A DNA stretch of 64,000 nt. It comes from Octopus sinensis. Its lineage: Eukaryota. Positions within the stretch are counted from its first letter, which is position 1; each line of letters starts with the position of its first letter. Of this stretch, positions 11,607-26,301 are shown piece by piece. The DNA lies in the NCBI RefSeq assembly GCF_006345805.1, contig NC_043009.1, forward strand, positions 46,004,001-46,068,000, written 5' to 3'. The translations under genes and the position numbers were made by a program. The notes under the pieces were generated by a model, which did no database searches, was not told the origin of the DNA, and saw only the letters and a program-made list of their open reading frames with translations.

Positions 11607-11986
11607 AGGAGTGGCTGTGTGGTAAGTAGCTTGCTTACCAACCACATGGTCCCGGGTTCAGTCCCACTGCGTGGCACCTTGTCAAGTGTCTTCTACTATA
11701 GCCTCGGGCCGACCAAAGCCTTGTGAGTGGATTTGGGAGACGGAAACTGAAAGAAGCCCGTCGTATATATGTATATATATGTGTGTGTGTTCTGTGTTTG
11801 TCCCCTCCAACATCGCTTGACAACCGATGCTGGTATGTTTACTTCCCCGTAACTTAGCGGTTCAGCAAAAGAGACCGATAGAATAAGTACTAGGCTTACA
11901 AAGAATAAGTCCTGGGGTCGATTTGCTCGACTAAAAGGCGGTGCTCCAGCATGGTCACAGTCAAATGACTGAAACAAGTAAAAGAG
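11607..11986 (+). mobile_element. Family B SINE
   Basis: Runs from AGGAGTGGCTGTGTGG to GAAACAAGTAAAAGAG. Confidence 0.88.
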
Positions 11987-12006
11987 AAATAAGAGTATAT
12001 ATATGC

Positions 12007-12062
<56 letters not shown>

Positions 12063-12479
12063 AGCTTGCTTGAAGTGGTGTACATATTTTATACATTATG
12101 AAAGACGAGGTAGTCAGAATTTAGGATGATTATTTTGCGTTTGCACTTCGCGAGAAATGATAATTTTACAGAAAATTTATGCTCTTTCTATGTATGTGAG
12201 TTTGTTGAGAAAATCTGGAGTTGAATTGGGAAGAGAATGTTTTTTTGCTATTTTGAATTTATATGTATCTTTCTATATGCGTATATGTGTATATGTGTGT
12301 GAGGAATTTTGGGCGGCTTGGTGAGAGGGAGAAAAATAGAAACAAAGATAGGCAGGATGAAAGAAAGAAGGATAGAAAAAGAAGAAAGAAAAAAGAAAGT
12401 AAGTTTTTTTTTTCTGAGACGGTTGCGATTGTATACGTCAAATTCGACTTAAGAAACTCAAGGGCTTCCTAAAAAGAAA

Positions 12480-13620
12480 AAAAAAATCCCTTAAAATTAA
12501 TAAATGAGGAAATTATAAGCGCGATGAGACTGGACATCATAAAACTGAGGAGACCTAAGAAAAAATTAAAGAACATGATATTTCATTTATCAATAAACAT
12601 AATCCACATAATCCAGGGTTGACTAAAATTTTCTACACAATAAAAACAACCCTACCAATATTCTTACAAAATACATAAATAGAAAGTCTGGTTGATGAAA
12701 ACCTCATACGAAACAATAAACGTCAGCCAAAAGTCGTTTAATATATCTCACGAGGGTAAAGTTCACTTCAGAAGATAATTCAGCATTCTCCGTGAAGGAG
12801 TGTGGCGATAATAGATATTGAACATGTAACAATAACATGTTTTTAAATATGTGTAATGTATACACATAAAAAATCTTTCCACTGCACGATACCTAGAGGA
12901 ATTGAAGCTCTGAAGCTAGGCGCAGGCATGAAAATGGAAGAAAATATGGTTGAAACATATCCACCCAAAAAGCCAGTCTTCAACATATTAATATCTCTTA
13001 ATATCTACGGCGAAAGTGCACTTACTATGAGAATGGAACAATTCCTCATAACCTTCACTGCTTTGCATATGTGTAGTTTTGTGGATATGTGGATATATAG
13101 CCTTTTTGTAATCCTGCCTTTAAAATGGATCTTATGCGTGTGTATGACTGTAATAGTTTTGATGAACAGATGAAAATAGGATGAAAAGGAAGAAAGTCGT
13201 TCTTAAATCTATCCATTTACTGAATCAGGAAACAAAATAGCCTAAAGGTAAGTTTTCGCTCTACCATAATAAGGAACAAAATATTTAAGATAAAAATAAC
13301 ATACAGACAAAGAGATGAGAGTGAACCTAGCCGACATCATTACAGAAGACAAGAGATCCAAATCTTCTACACTAATTGATGTGGCTTGCTCGAATGACAA
13401 TAACATCTCGGTAATGGGAGATTGAAAACCTCAGGTATGAAGATATGGATGTTGGAAATAACGAGGATGTAGACTATGGACATACGAAGAGACTCGTTTC
13501 TAAGAAGGAAGGGAGATAAAAACCTCAAGTATGAAGATATGGATGTTGGAAATAATGAGAATGTAGACTTTGGGTATAGGAAGAATTTCGTTTCTAAGAA
13601 GAATGTCGAGGACGAGAAAT
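12480..13620 (+). mobile_element. Highly decayed R4/Dong-type LINE fragment
   Basis: 13305-13420 translates to DKEMRVNLADIITEDKRSKSSTLIDVACSND, matching the RPD..IDV restriction-like endonuclease motif. The upstream boundary is uncertain. Confidence 0.5.
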
Positions 13621-15054
13621 AGAAAAGGAGGTCGAAGAATATCTTGACAAATCCTGTGTAGTTTAATTTCAGAAAAAGTTTTCCCAGGAAGTAACATACA
13701 TTGGGCTTTAAAAAAATACGAAAGGTGTAAAGCTAATTCTATTCCTCTGGTGTAGCTGTTTACTGTTGTATTTAATAGGTTCGTGTTCACTCAAACTAGA
13801 AATATTTGCGCTGCGAAAACTTTCTTGGGGGAGACATGTGTGAAAACACACTTTCAAAGCGTGCCATAACACATGGCTTTGTAGTACTGGACTAGAGCAC
13901 AACAGTTCATAGTAAAATAAAATAAAAACTATGGAAAACTACTTAAAAACCACCATATATGATACAAGATCTCCAATACCCAATCACTGCACATCCTAAG
14001 GAAGGAAGCTGGCAGCGGTTACTGGTTACCATGGAGCAATATAAGACGTTATTTGTTATCCACTTGAGTTGAAATCTTGCTGAGGTCAGCTTAACTTTTC
14101 ATTCGTCCGATAAAAATAAAACCTTGTCAGTCAAATGCTGGGGGTTAATGTAATCGACTAACCTTCTCCCTCAAAATTGGTAACTGAATTAAAAACCAGT
14201 AATGCTATTCACTGTCTTTCCAAATCACAAAAAGGCTTACTACATGTCTTTCCTTGCTGTGGTAACAAATATAGCAAATCAATCATATTTGCAATACTTG
14301 TAGCAAAACGGTTTATATCGGCAAGTAACTAGTTTTTCGATAAATACAGCGGAATTATGTCAGGTTGCAGCAAAGCGACGAAATATTTTCACTGTACTTG
14401 TAAGAAATAAACAAAAAGTTAATGTAACAGATTTTATGTTAGTGTTTTCTTAAATGCCCAAAGCGCCCATCTGTGAAATAATTGCTTCGTGTCTAAAACA
14501 CCTCCCAAACGATTATATATATATAGTGGATTTTTCCGTCGAGTTTGACATAGAACGTCCCAATAGCCAACGTTATTGCTGTTAAACTACCTACGGAGAA
14601 AATTTTATGTTAATGGTGAAGTCTTATATAAGACATGCCACGCTTAGATGGAAATGCTGATAGCAAAAAGTTGGTGTAAATATTTGCCAAAAACTCAACG
14701 GTCAGCAAAGTTCGGACTTTTATACTGAAGTTCTTGTACGTGCATGTATGTATGTATGTATGTATGTATGTATGTATGTATGTATGTATGTATGTATGTA
14801 TGTATGCATTATGCATATCTGTATGCATGTTCATCCGTCTTTGTCTATTCGTATATCGATTTATGTATCAGTCTCTTTGTTTCTATGCTTGTCAGCAAGT
14901 ATACACACATGTTTTATTTTCCATATTATTCTGGAAATAAAATAAAAATTCTCTAAATCAACACACACCCACCATCCTATGGTAATTTAGACAATAATAA
15001 TTCTCTAAAATTACACGTTAAGCTGTGAAATGTTTTTGATATTCATCTGTTCTA

Positions 15055-15260
15055 TGGCGGCAAGTTAGCAGAATCGTTGGCACGCCGGGCAAAATGTTTA
15101 GCAGCATTTCCTCTGTCTTTATGTTCTGAGTTCGACTTTGCCTTTCAACCTTTCGGGGTCGATAAAATAAGTACCCGCCCAGTAATGGATTGGATGCAAA
15201 ACGACTTACTCCTTCTCCCGAAATTGCTGGCCTTGTGCTAAAATTTTAAACCGATATTTG
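15055..15260 (+). mobile_element. Family A-related SINE (alternative 3' tail)
   Basis: tRNA-like head, GACTTTGCCTTTCAACCTTTCGGGGTCGAT block and GCTGGCCTTGTG tail. Similar copies lie at about 14000-14190, 20129-20315, 54560-54745, 55020-55200, 55760-55975 (+) and 63600-63810 (-). Confidence 0.75.
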
Positions 15261-17429
15261 TCAGTTCTGCAAAACCCTCGAATTTGCAGAATTCGTGTTG
15301 CTTAGTTTGCTTAAGCACCACAGATTATTAACCATAGTAATAGAACAAGAATATCAAGTCTCCTGTGGTATTCTAAAGTCATATATCACTTTAAGACTGG
15401 ATCTCAAACTAATAAATACCCAACCTCATGCTATCAAAAATTATTTGTGGAACTATTTGCTCTCCACTCTTCGTTAGTGAGAAGACAGAGTTGCAAGTTT
15501 AAACATTTTTTTAACTATCTTTATTTTATTAAACATGATGATTTGTTCGTCTTCCTTTTCAAGAATCACAACCCTCCTTCCCTCATGAGAAATACTATAC
15601 TGGTGCATATATATAACTTATCGGTAGGAATTTAATCCATAACGCTTGCTAAATAACAAACTATAAAGCCAAGTATCTGAGAAGAGGACTGGTGATGAAT
15701 GGCTTTGTCAGCGACAATAAACTGAAAGTAAAGCTAGTGAAATATTCAGTAATTTCAACTTACGTGAGGATTCTTTCCCATTTCATTTTATCTTTTTCTT
15801 CCACTCTGACAAAGAGCAACAGCCCAAAACGGTCAGACATTTTACTTCTCGTTGGAAATGAAATTATTCGATATTTCGCCAACACTCCTTTTGTCGAACA
15901 AAATAGCAGATACAAGAGAAAACCATAGGCACACGCACGCGTGCACGCACATATACACACACGCATTTCTCACTTATGTATCTACACATACATACACACA
16001 TATGTACACACATGTATTTGTGAATACGCATGCAGTTTTTATCACATGCACGTGTTTATTCACATTCACTTCCTACACCACAAATCCACGTTCACACACA
16101 AGCACACACATGCGTACTCACAAGCTAATACACTCATATTCTGTTGGACAAATTCTCATATACAAACTTTCTCTCACGCAAACATACACACAAACATGCT
16201 CAATATACACACATTTTTGCATAAAATATACATCCTCAACCTTCATACATATATCCTCACACACTGATTGTATCAGTCGGAAACTCTCTCACACGCAAAC
16301 ACATACGCATAATCATGCATACACTTACAGCCAGAAGCACTCTCATACTTTCACGCTCATATACACAAACATCAACAAGCTAACAAACCCTTATACACAC
16401 GTATCAACAAAATGACGGACAAACATGAAAACAAATGCACATGCACACACAAATTGACACATACGCACATACATATATGCACGCATCAACAAACTAACTT
16501 TTACAAACTAAGAGCAACAAACTTATGCACAAATTCACCAGCACTCGTACATAAACACACATGCAAGTACATACTAAACAAACTCACATTCATAAATGCC
16601 TACACAACAACACATATGCACGCAAATGTATAAGCTAATACATAAAACATTCAAGCACTCAGATGTACACATAATGGTACATACCTCTTCCCCAACAAAA
16701 CTATTTTCTATTAGTCAAGATATTTTAAGTGGTTTGTACTTTTAAACATTTTGATGTTCAACAGAACTTTTCTAATAGTAATACGCTTTCTTCAAGATCA
16801 TCTCCTCTTCATCATTCTAAATTTTAAAACAAAAAAGAAAAAAAAATACATCCTCCGTCAGTTTCAAGGATGACTGTTTTAGCTGCTCAGTTATCGGAAC
16901 TACCAATTCATGACATTATAGTGTGAGTGAGCTCTGTACTTACACAAGTGTATCCTTAAAGTAATTCTCAATATTACTCAGCATGTTACGGTGCCCGAAA
17001 ATACTGGTTCATTGAATTACGGATACATGCCCCCCCCCCGAAGGGCTTCCAAGCAGTTTCTGTTTACCCATTTTCACTCGAAATGTTTGAGCCGACTCAA
17101 CATCACTTAATATACGCGTATTCTCATCAACATTGTCTTTGCCGACACACCGGCATCACCTTCACGACAGCCTCTACAACTAATAGCAACACTACTATCA
17201 CATCTTTTCTCTCTCACGCCATCACCAATGCCAATGAGAGAGCATCTACGTGGTCACTGGTTCTGCTAAAAGAAAACAAGAAGAGCAAATTATATAATGT
17301 TTTCTAAGTTTAAGTATGTCTGAAAACTTTACTGTATGCGTGTTACACAGGACTATTTACAGCAGGTCTATCAGAAATTGAAATAGATTTTAATTAAACT
17401 TCCTGCACAGAAAGCTACACATTCATTGA

Positions 17430-19870
17430 GGGATGACTGTCCTCATTCTAAGATTTGCAATCTTTCATTGTTACCCAACATCCACACCTCTTTTGCGGTT
17501 CCCAGATGCGTTGGTTTCCTTAAGAATAAAATTATGCGACACATAGACTCCTTCCCTACATCTTGCTCTAATTCTCCAGAGTGCTTGATCCTAAGCTGCT
17601 ATGATTAATTCTTCTGTCTCGTTTTTTAGAATTCCCTTTTTCAATCAATTCCAAGTGTCTTCACCTCTATTCACAACATTGTTCTTCATAAACATTTTCC
17701 ATATAATTTTGCTTTCTCTTTTCAGGTACTTCATCTTTTAGTTGTCCTTCTAGTATGTTTGCATTGCATATTGCTACAAGCAATTCTTCAGTACATTAGC
17801 TAACATACTGATTGAGACTTTTCATTTCCATATTCACATAGTCCCTCACCTTCCTCTATTTTTACGTTTCGTGTACAGCTTATCCACAACTGCCTTTTTA
17901 TGCAAAACCTCGTGCATTGTCTTTATTTTCTGAGTTTTTCGATCAATATCTTGCAGATCTGCCACATATCTCACAATTGATACAGCCTTTGAATCTATTG
18001 CCTTTACAATGTTTCCAGAATTTAACTGAGATTTCAGCGTCAGCTTGATCCTTCTGAAGTACACCTTTGAAATGGTTTCTTTCATTTTTGTTTTTTATGG
18101 TATCTGATTCCAAAATTCCCAAATAGTTGTATCCTTGACTTTCTTCCAAACTTTTCAATACCTGATTATTTGTCAGTTTAAATCCTTAATTCTGTTTTAC
18201 CTTACCAATCTTCAGTATGAAAATGTCACATTTACTGATTCCAAACTCCAGACCTGTGTCAATGCCGAAAATTCTTATTATGTTCACCAGTGTGCCAAAT
18301 TGTTCTTCATTTTGTTCATAAAGCTTTAAATCGTTCATGTATTGTAGGTGGTTAACCACTTCCACACACCAATTCCCAAATCATATACTGCTTTAACATC
18401 TCTTAAAACCATCGATAGTATAATCAATATTAACACGAACAAAATTGGCAAGAGACTATGTTCCTGAACTATTCTTCTCCCGATTTTCACTGTACCAAAT
18501 GACTTTCCTGCAGAAAAAACTCCGTTATATTTCTTTTTTGCAATCTTTGTACATTCTCTACCACACCAAATATCTCCATACATTTACCTATCCAGCTGTG
18601 AAGCACCATATCAGAGGCCTTTTTGTTATCTATACAATTCCTAGTCCGTTAACCTTCTTTTGCATCTTGTTTATTAACACCTGAGCTTTTAACACCATTT
18701 GGCCTGCGTTTACAAACCTTCTGTTCACCTGGTAATAATCTTTCATTACCCAACACTGTATAGCTCATTAGCAATTATTCTTGTCAACAGTTTGTTTTAT
18801 TGGTAAACAAATCTCACCCCCAAACCACATAAATGGTAAACATGTTATTGGTGGATAGTTTGACACTTCATTACGCTTTAACACAATCTTCAAGACTATA
18901 GTTGTTCTTCTATTGTGGAACATTCAGAAATCCTTGAAATTGACTTACAACTCTCAAGTGGCATATCGTTAATACTTTAATCCAATATTTTTGCAATTCA
19001 TCAGGGTCTAGTGACTTCAAGTTTCCCTTTTTCTTATTTGTTTTTCCATTGCTGTCAGTGATACTGTGCTGTTTTTTGTCTGTTTTATCTCTCATCTTCT
19101 CCTCAACATTTTTCATCCAATTAGCTTCATCATTATGCACAATTGATCGATTCCAGATATCACTCCAAAACCGTACACGTTCTTCCCTATTTGGTATGAC
19201 ACCATTGTCTTGAATCTCTTTCTCTAACATTTCGAACAATATTTTCTAATTCGACTGAAACATCCTTTTCTGTATAAATTGTTCTTTCCAGCTAGCTTGC
19301 TAGATTTCCTGATTGTGCAATAATTTTGCTAGCTTTCCTGATTGTGCAATAATTCCAAATCTCTTCAACTACAACTTCAATTCCTTTACTGCGAACTGTG
19401 TTTTCTTTCCAACTGATCTTTAATTCGAATGTTCCACAATTCACTGTTTCTCCAACTTTCTAACTTGTTCATATCTTTTCGCAATTCTTCAATCTTCTCA
19501 ACTATTTTATTTCTCCACTGTGTTTCTTGTTTGTGACCTCTTGTCTAATTTTTTATTCCTAGTTGTTTAGTTGTTACACATGCAGCTGCTTCGAGCAGCT
19601 CATTCATTCCAATGATGTCAGCAGTTTGTATGTATCCTATTTATTTTTTTTTTGGCAATCAGCATTCTTAAAATTTGGTGGTGCTTTCTTCATCATCATT
19701 TGCTCCACAATTTCTTCTGCTATTTTGATTTCTTCTTCAATTTCTCTGCTTTGCAATTCTCTCTTAATGGTTCCTTTATCTATATTAAGCATCATGATAT
19801 TTTCGAACATTGCTTTTAGCTTGAACGGATGCTTCATCTCTTTGCCTTTCATCCATTCGATTATCTAATT
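17430..19870 (-). mobile_element. Decayed R4/Dong-clade non-LTR retrotransposon (most of the ORF)
   Basis: Minus-strand fragments RFWSDIW, YNYLGILE, FRRIKLTLKSQLNSGNIVKAI and LYTKRKNRGR appear in the expected order, with many stops and frameshifts. Confidence 0.8.
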
Positions 19871-20329
19871 GCTCTTCACTAGGTTCATTCACCTCTGTCA
19901 AATTCCATTGCAATGTCATTATCATCATTATTATTATTATTATTATCTTTTGTTTTTCTTCTTTCAAATTTGCTTCCATTTCTTGCCGAGTTTCTTCCCG
20001 ACTCCTAGGGCAAAGAAACTCATAGTATACATTGGTAGGCCATTAAACTAAACTTACTAGTTCGTTCATTTTTTTTAAAGTTAAATTAAAATACATGGGT
20101 ATCATTATTATTATTATTATTATTATTAAGGTCGCGGGCAGGTAGAATCTTTAGTGCGTCGGACAAAATACATAAGCAGCATGTCTTCCGGCTCTATACG
20201 CTCAGAGTCCAAATGCCGACGACGTCGACTTTGCCTTTAATCTTTGCGAAGTCGATATGAGTACCATTTGAGCACTGGGGTGGCTGTAATCGACTTAGCC
20301 ATTCCCCATAAAATTGCGGACGTTCTGCA

Positions 20330-22099
20330 TCTCGTGTTGCTGGCATGTGTGCAGCATTTTGTGTTCTTTACTGCTGTTGGGAGTGTGTGAACTCTTCCCA
20401 GTACTGTATTGTGTTAGCTTTTTTTCTTTGAGATGTGGTGCTGTCTTTTATTGTGTAACTGCTTGTATTGTGTGCTGAGTGTGTAATGCTTTGGTTTTCT
20501 AGCTTGCTGGTGCGAGTTTATTTCACTGGGTAAATGCTTTATAGAGTGTGTTTTGCATTTGTGGGTTGTTTTGTTCAGGTTGTATTATTGGATTGAAAAT
20601 ATCTTGCGTAGGATGTGGGCTGTTCCTAGCAGGACTATTTTTTGGACAGCATAGTGTTGAGGATCAAGGTATAGCTTCTGCACTGTTGTTCATATGATAT
20701 TTTATTATGCCCAATGCTCCAATTATTATGAGTATTGTTTTTACCTTCATGCCCCACATTTTGAATTCTTCAATTTTAAGGCTTTTGTACTTCGACTATT
20801 TCTCCTATTTTGACAATATTTTGATCAGGGGTGAGTACAGTGTCCGTCAGTAAGCAAGTGTTTTTCCCCCCATTCATTGACTATTATGTCTGGGCGATTA
20901 GCTTTTGTTTCTTGCTTGGTTTGAACCTGCATACTCCAAATGATCGTGACCTGATCTTTGTCTTGTACCTTGCTTGGCTCATGCTTATATTACCTGCTGT
21001 CAGTTTTGATGTTGTAATGTTGGCATATTTTCCAGTGGATATAACTGTTTACTTACTTTGTGGTGTCTGCATACATATTCAGACTTGGAAAGAACTGGAC
21101 AGCCCGAGATGATGTGGTCAATTGTTTCATTGTGCTGGTTGCATATTCTGCATTTGGTGTTGAGGCTTTTGTCATTATTTTGTTTTTATAATTGTCTGTT
21201 GTCAAGCATTGGTCTTGTGCAGCGAGAATCAGTCCTTCCGTTTCAGCTTTTAGTCCTGGGCTTTTGAGCTATTGTTGGCTTTTACTTAGGCTCTCTTCGT
21301 CTTTGTCAAGCCTTGCGGGGTTCTGACCATGAAGCGGTTTTTTTCTCCATATCTTCTTCAGTGTCTTTTGTCATTCAGTTTTCATGTTGATCTTTGTCCC
21401 TTTGACCATTTCTGCTATGTTGTCATCTGAGATCAGTGTACTTTGCTTCTGTTTTGTATTTTGTCACCTACTTTCGTATAGAGAAAAGCGTTTTATTTTT
21501 CCATCTCATGTTGCATTACAACATGCAGTAGTCTTCTCTTTTTTAGTCCAACTGTTGTTATTTTATAATGGTTTTCTATTTGTATCCGGCCACGGGCTCC
21601 TTCTGCGTCTGCTTTGGAGTGGTAACTTTGGTACTCAGTAGTTTTCTGGTTTTTCTACCTAGGTTTCTCAATTCACTGATCTTCCAGTTTATTATGTTGA
21701 AGCGGTGACTGATATGGCTAGCATGTTTGTCCCTATTATCTTATTTTAATCATTAAATTCACAGTTTAATATTAGTCTAACTATTATGTAATACTCTCTC
21801 CTAATTTTCTCTTTCGTTCCTATTTCTTCTATTCCTAGATATTTGTATGGGCGGTTGTGGTCTAATTCTCTAATTTCTGTGTCTATGTCGAGAGCAGTGT
21901 TTTCAGTGCTGAATAATTTACCTCTTCTCAGTGTGATTCTGGCACATTTGTCCAGCTCCATGCTCATTCCGATGTCATTGTTGAAACTCTGAACAATTTT
22001 GATAAGATTTCTCTGTTCCATGGTGCTTTTAGCGTAAGGTTTTACGTCATCCATGTACAGGAAACGGCTTACTTTTTGTCTATAGCACCTATAACCCAT
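20330..22099 (-). mobile_element. 5'-truncated R4/Dong-clade LINE remnant (RT C-half, CCHC knuckle, restriction-like endonuclease, 3' UTR)
   Basis: FLYMDDVKPYAK...DIGM..ELDKCA...YKYLGIEE (21746-22099); YIHWKICQHYNI near 21030; KANRPDIIV near 20890; QKIVLLGTAHILRKIFS near 20620. Confidence 0.85.
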
Positions 22100-22104
22100 T
22101 GTTG

Positions 22105-22139
<35 letters not shown>

Positions 22140-22876
22140 GTTGTTGTTGTTGTTGTTGTTGTTGTAAATGTCGTTGTTCTTGTAATTATTATGCTTCTTA
22201 AGAATGATAATGTATAATTAAAGTAGATTGTGCAACTAGAATTGATTTTGCTACTTATACAATCAAATCGTCAACTAAATTTAAAATGAATCTTTCATAA
22301 ATGAAAATAGAAATCATTTCGCGAAATTTGTTCTCTGGGAAGAAAGAGAAAAGCAGAAGGAATAATTGAGAAGTATCTTTGTATGCGACATATTACAATT
22401 GATGTTATCCTTAACACGTCAACGACCATCGTTTGTAAAATATTAGGTACTAAAATTTTTATGCATATTTTATTGTTTTCACTTGATATTAATATCATTA
22501 TTCTGATTATTATAACTTGTTATATCGTATCAAAGTAGGATCAGGCTATGTACTTCACACACACACATGTATGTATGTATTATATGACTGTCTGTCCGAG
22601 TTAAAATAAGTTTTCAAAGACAACCCTACAAACACTAACTCCCATCCCAAGACGTTCCACCATTTATGTTATGTCACGGTGCTGAGCAACCTGGCTAAGG
22701 GTGAAATTCAGAGCTGACTGTCAAATAAATATCCAACCACTGTACCCAGTTTCTTAAGTTCTATATCGGATAATGTTTACATTATCCAAAAGTTATTAAT
22801 GCATTCTTAATATAGGTTACATTTCATTACGATATACTTACGTACATATCTACATACATGTGTGATTGACATACAA

Positions 22877-22923
<47 letters not shown>

Positions 22924-24299
22924 CAAAATAAGCAACAAGGATATCCAGAGATAATGCAGTACGATCGTTTCATGCAACTCCAATTAAAGTGAGTGTTCTC
23001 TCTATAAATATGCTAGAAATTATGTGATGCCTTGAAATTGTTTTTTTCATTTTTTTTATTCTAGTTTACCTCGACCATTACACGGCCTAGTATTCCGACA
23101 CTTAAACGTCGGTGTTATGGCACCTAGTTTGGTCTGCGCACTTACTGTACATGTCATTTAACATTTTACATTTTCTTAACCGCCACTGTGTGTGCGTAAG
23201 TGTGTCTGTATGTACGCCTGCGTTCGTGTGTGTATTTGTGTGCACACGAGCACTCGTGAGACTTATTACCATGCGTATATCATTAATCATACCTACTCTG
23301 AAAATGATGCAAAAAAGAAATAAACCAATACACGTGTCACTTGAGGATCATTCCGGTTGTTAGAAATATGAGCCAATTACCGCTTAAATGACAGAGTACC
23401 AACTTAAGAAACGACGCAAAGGATGATGTTATACAGAAACATTATCCGTGGTACGACTATCTTTGATCTTGATTGTCTTCGAATGAGTGTGTGTCTGGGT
23501 GTTTCCCTACGTGTGTGTGTGTTTGTATTGTTGTACTTTTATGTGTATATTTGCATATGTATTTGTATATAAATATAGACAAATGAACTACATTCCAAAA
23601 GCCAGTAAATGTGCAATTTCTCTCATTACTTCAAGCTGTTGTAATTGCAAGCCTAGTTCTTTCCTTTATACATTCAATCTTCGTAATTTATGAGAGCATT
23701 TGGCGAAGATACAGTATCTTTTGAAATAGTTATAACAGCGATGTATTGCAAAAGTGAATGAAACTGGATTTTGCATAAAAACTGGAGGACAGCCAAAATA
23801 TCTATTTCTACATCTTAACTTGCAGCTATTATTTTACACCTACATGATTTAGTTATCAGTTATGCACACATGGACACTGTTTAATGAGGAAACAATTTTG
23901 TGGTCGATAAACCTGTTAGCAACAGTAGCCAAATCTTCCTCAAAATACAACCTTCCTTCTTGTAGCAATTATGTATGAAGCAAAAGCTTCCTTTATAAAC
24001 ATAGCTCCGTAAACTAAGAGACATTGCTAAGAAAAAGGGGAAATTTAAACAGGGTTGATTTAAACGTACTTCTTCCTTCAGGAATATAGCAGAAAAAATA
24101 AATAAATGTAATTGAATTATCAAAGTGATTAGAAGTTGAAAGAACACAAACCTTCGTTCAATATCAAATTTAATATCACATATTCTTGAAAAAGGTAAAC
24201 GGCATTGGAATGGGATTACAAACTGCAGAACATGTAAAGCTGAAAAAACGTTCATATGCATAAGCTTTAATAAATATATCAAATATCAAGCTGAGTAAA

Positions 24300-25362
24300 A
24301 AGTAAGCAACGTTTTGAAACCTGAAATTCATCACAATATATTTCAACAATTCGGAAATGTTATCCATCAAAATAAGTACCGTTACAATCAACACAGTTTT
24401 GCCAACGAGTTACAAGTTTGTTTATTCCGGTAACATAAAAATCTGGAGTTCTGGAGCTGATGAACGTTTTGAACGCACTTTCAGCATCGGGTTAATTTTT
24501 GAACACTTTCTCTTACAAGAAACCATCAAGGCGCTTTAAAAAATGGTAGTCGGTAGGAGAAATGCCTGGGGAATAAGCTGGGTGGTGAAGAATTTCGAAG
24601 CCAAGTTCCCTCAAATTCTGGAATGTCATTAGTGAAACGTGTGGTCGAGCATTGTCATGAAGAATTGATTGGCCCTCTTCTGTTGACCATTCGGGGACGA
24701 AGGAGTAGCAGTTTTTCGTTCATTTTGGTAATTTCATGGCAATATGTTTCTGCAGTAATGGTTTTTCTGAGTTTTAAGAAGTTATAGTCCAGCAGTACAC
24801 CACCAAACAGTCACCATAACCTTCTTTGTGAAGAGCTCGGGTTTAGGGATGGTTTTCGGTGCTTCATTTTGGTCCAACCAATGCGAAGAACGTTTTTTTT
24901 ATTGTACAGAATTCACTTTTCATTGCAAGTTACAATACAGTCGATAAATGGATCGGTCTGGTTATGAAGAAAAAGCGACGAGTAAATTTCATATCTGTGC
25001 ATTTTCTGATTTTTATTCAAATCGTGTCGTACACATTTGTCGAGCATTTTGATTTTACGATCGCATGCAAATGGTTGCAGGCAGTTTTCTGGCTACTTTG
25101 AAGTTCTTTTGCCAGTTCTCGAGTGGTTTTATGTGGTTCTTTCTCAATGACGGTCTTTAATTGACCGTCATCGATAACAGATGTCCGTCCACTACGCTCA
25201 CGATCTTCAAGGCTTAGGTCTTCACTGCGAAATCGTTTAAATCATTTTCGAGCTGACCACTCACTGGTCATTTCCTCACCAAACGTTTCATTGATATCAG
25301 CTGCTCAAAACTCTGCAAAAGTCCTGCACAAATTTTTCATGGTTCAAAATTTTGCTTACGTT
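24300..25362 (-). pseudogene. Mariner (Tc1/mariner) transposon remnant with decayed transposase and TIRs
   Basis: The minus strand translates piecewise to FKRFRSEDLSLEDRERSGR, IVTCNEK, KKVMVTVWW and FYVTGINKLVTRWQNCVDCNGTYFDG* (stop at 24360). GTAAGCAACGTTTTGAAACCTGAA at 24302 and its inverted copy at about 25336-25360 form imperfect TIRs. Confidence 0.88.
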
Positions 25363-26064
25363 AGACCAGAAATTTCAGTAAATGCAGACACTTTGGAAAG
25401 TTACTTCTAACTTACAAGAATAACCACAATCATTGGACTGATCCAGTACAACAATCACAAGAGCTTTCTCATTCAAATAATTCTTTATTTCTTTAGGGTC
25501 TCTAATCTAAGCTTTCGTTTATATTTTACTGATTTTTAACGTTACACTTCACAATTAATGTATTACCACAAATCAGGTTACTAAGTATCTTGATAGTTTA
25601 ACTTATCTCTCCCACATTTGTGAGACTGTGTCACGCTATGCGTGTACATAAATACATACAATCATACATTCATAAACACACACACGCACACACATGTATA
25701 GATACATATAGACATACAAACATACACACAGTTATCAAATATGTAATTATTTCAACATGGTTCTACACAGCCCTAAAGAGGTGACTGCATATTTAAAATC
25801 ATATATATATATGAGTATATATGTGTGTGAGTGTGTGTGAGTGTGTGTGTATGTATGTGTGCTGTATGAATGTGTGTATGTGCATGAATGCGTGCATATT
25901 AGTTATTAGGTTCATAATAATCCTGGATACAATGACAAACATAAATCAAATTCCCCTTTGGTGTTTTACAAGAAAAAAAACTGCAACAAACATCAGCATT
26001 TACAAAGCATGCACATGCATGTGCAAACACTTGTGCACAAAGCACAGATAAAAAAAATAAACAA

Positions 26065-26065
<1 letters not shown>

Positions 26066-26143
<78 letters not shown>
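26066..26143. repeat. (GATA)n microsatellite; another at 43245-43334
   Basis: Direct reading. Confidence 0.97.
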
Positions 26144-26144
<1 letters not shown>

Positions 26145-26264
26145 GAGAGAAAGAGACATTGGTAGAGGTAAACACTGGTGAGATAGAAAATGAACATCTT
26201 AAAGCAAATGCTCTGTGTGTGTGTGTGTGTTTGAGTGTGTGTCTGTTTGTGTGTGTGCGTGTGT

Positions 26265-26301
<37 letters not shown>

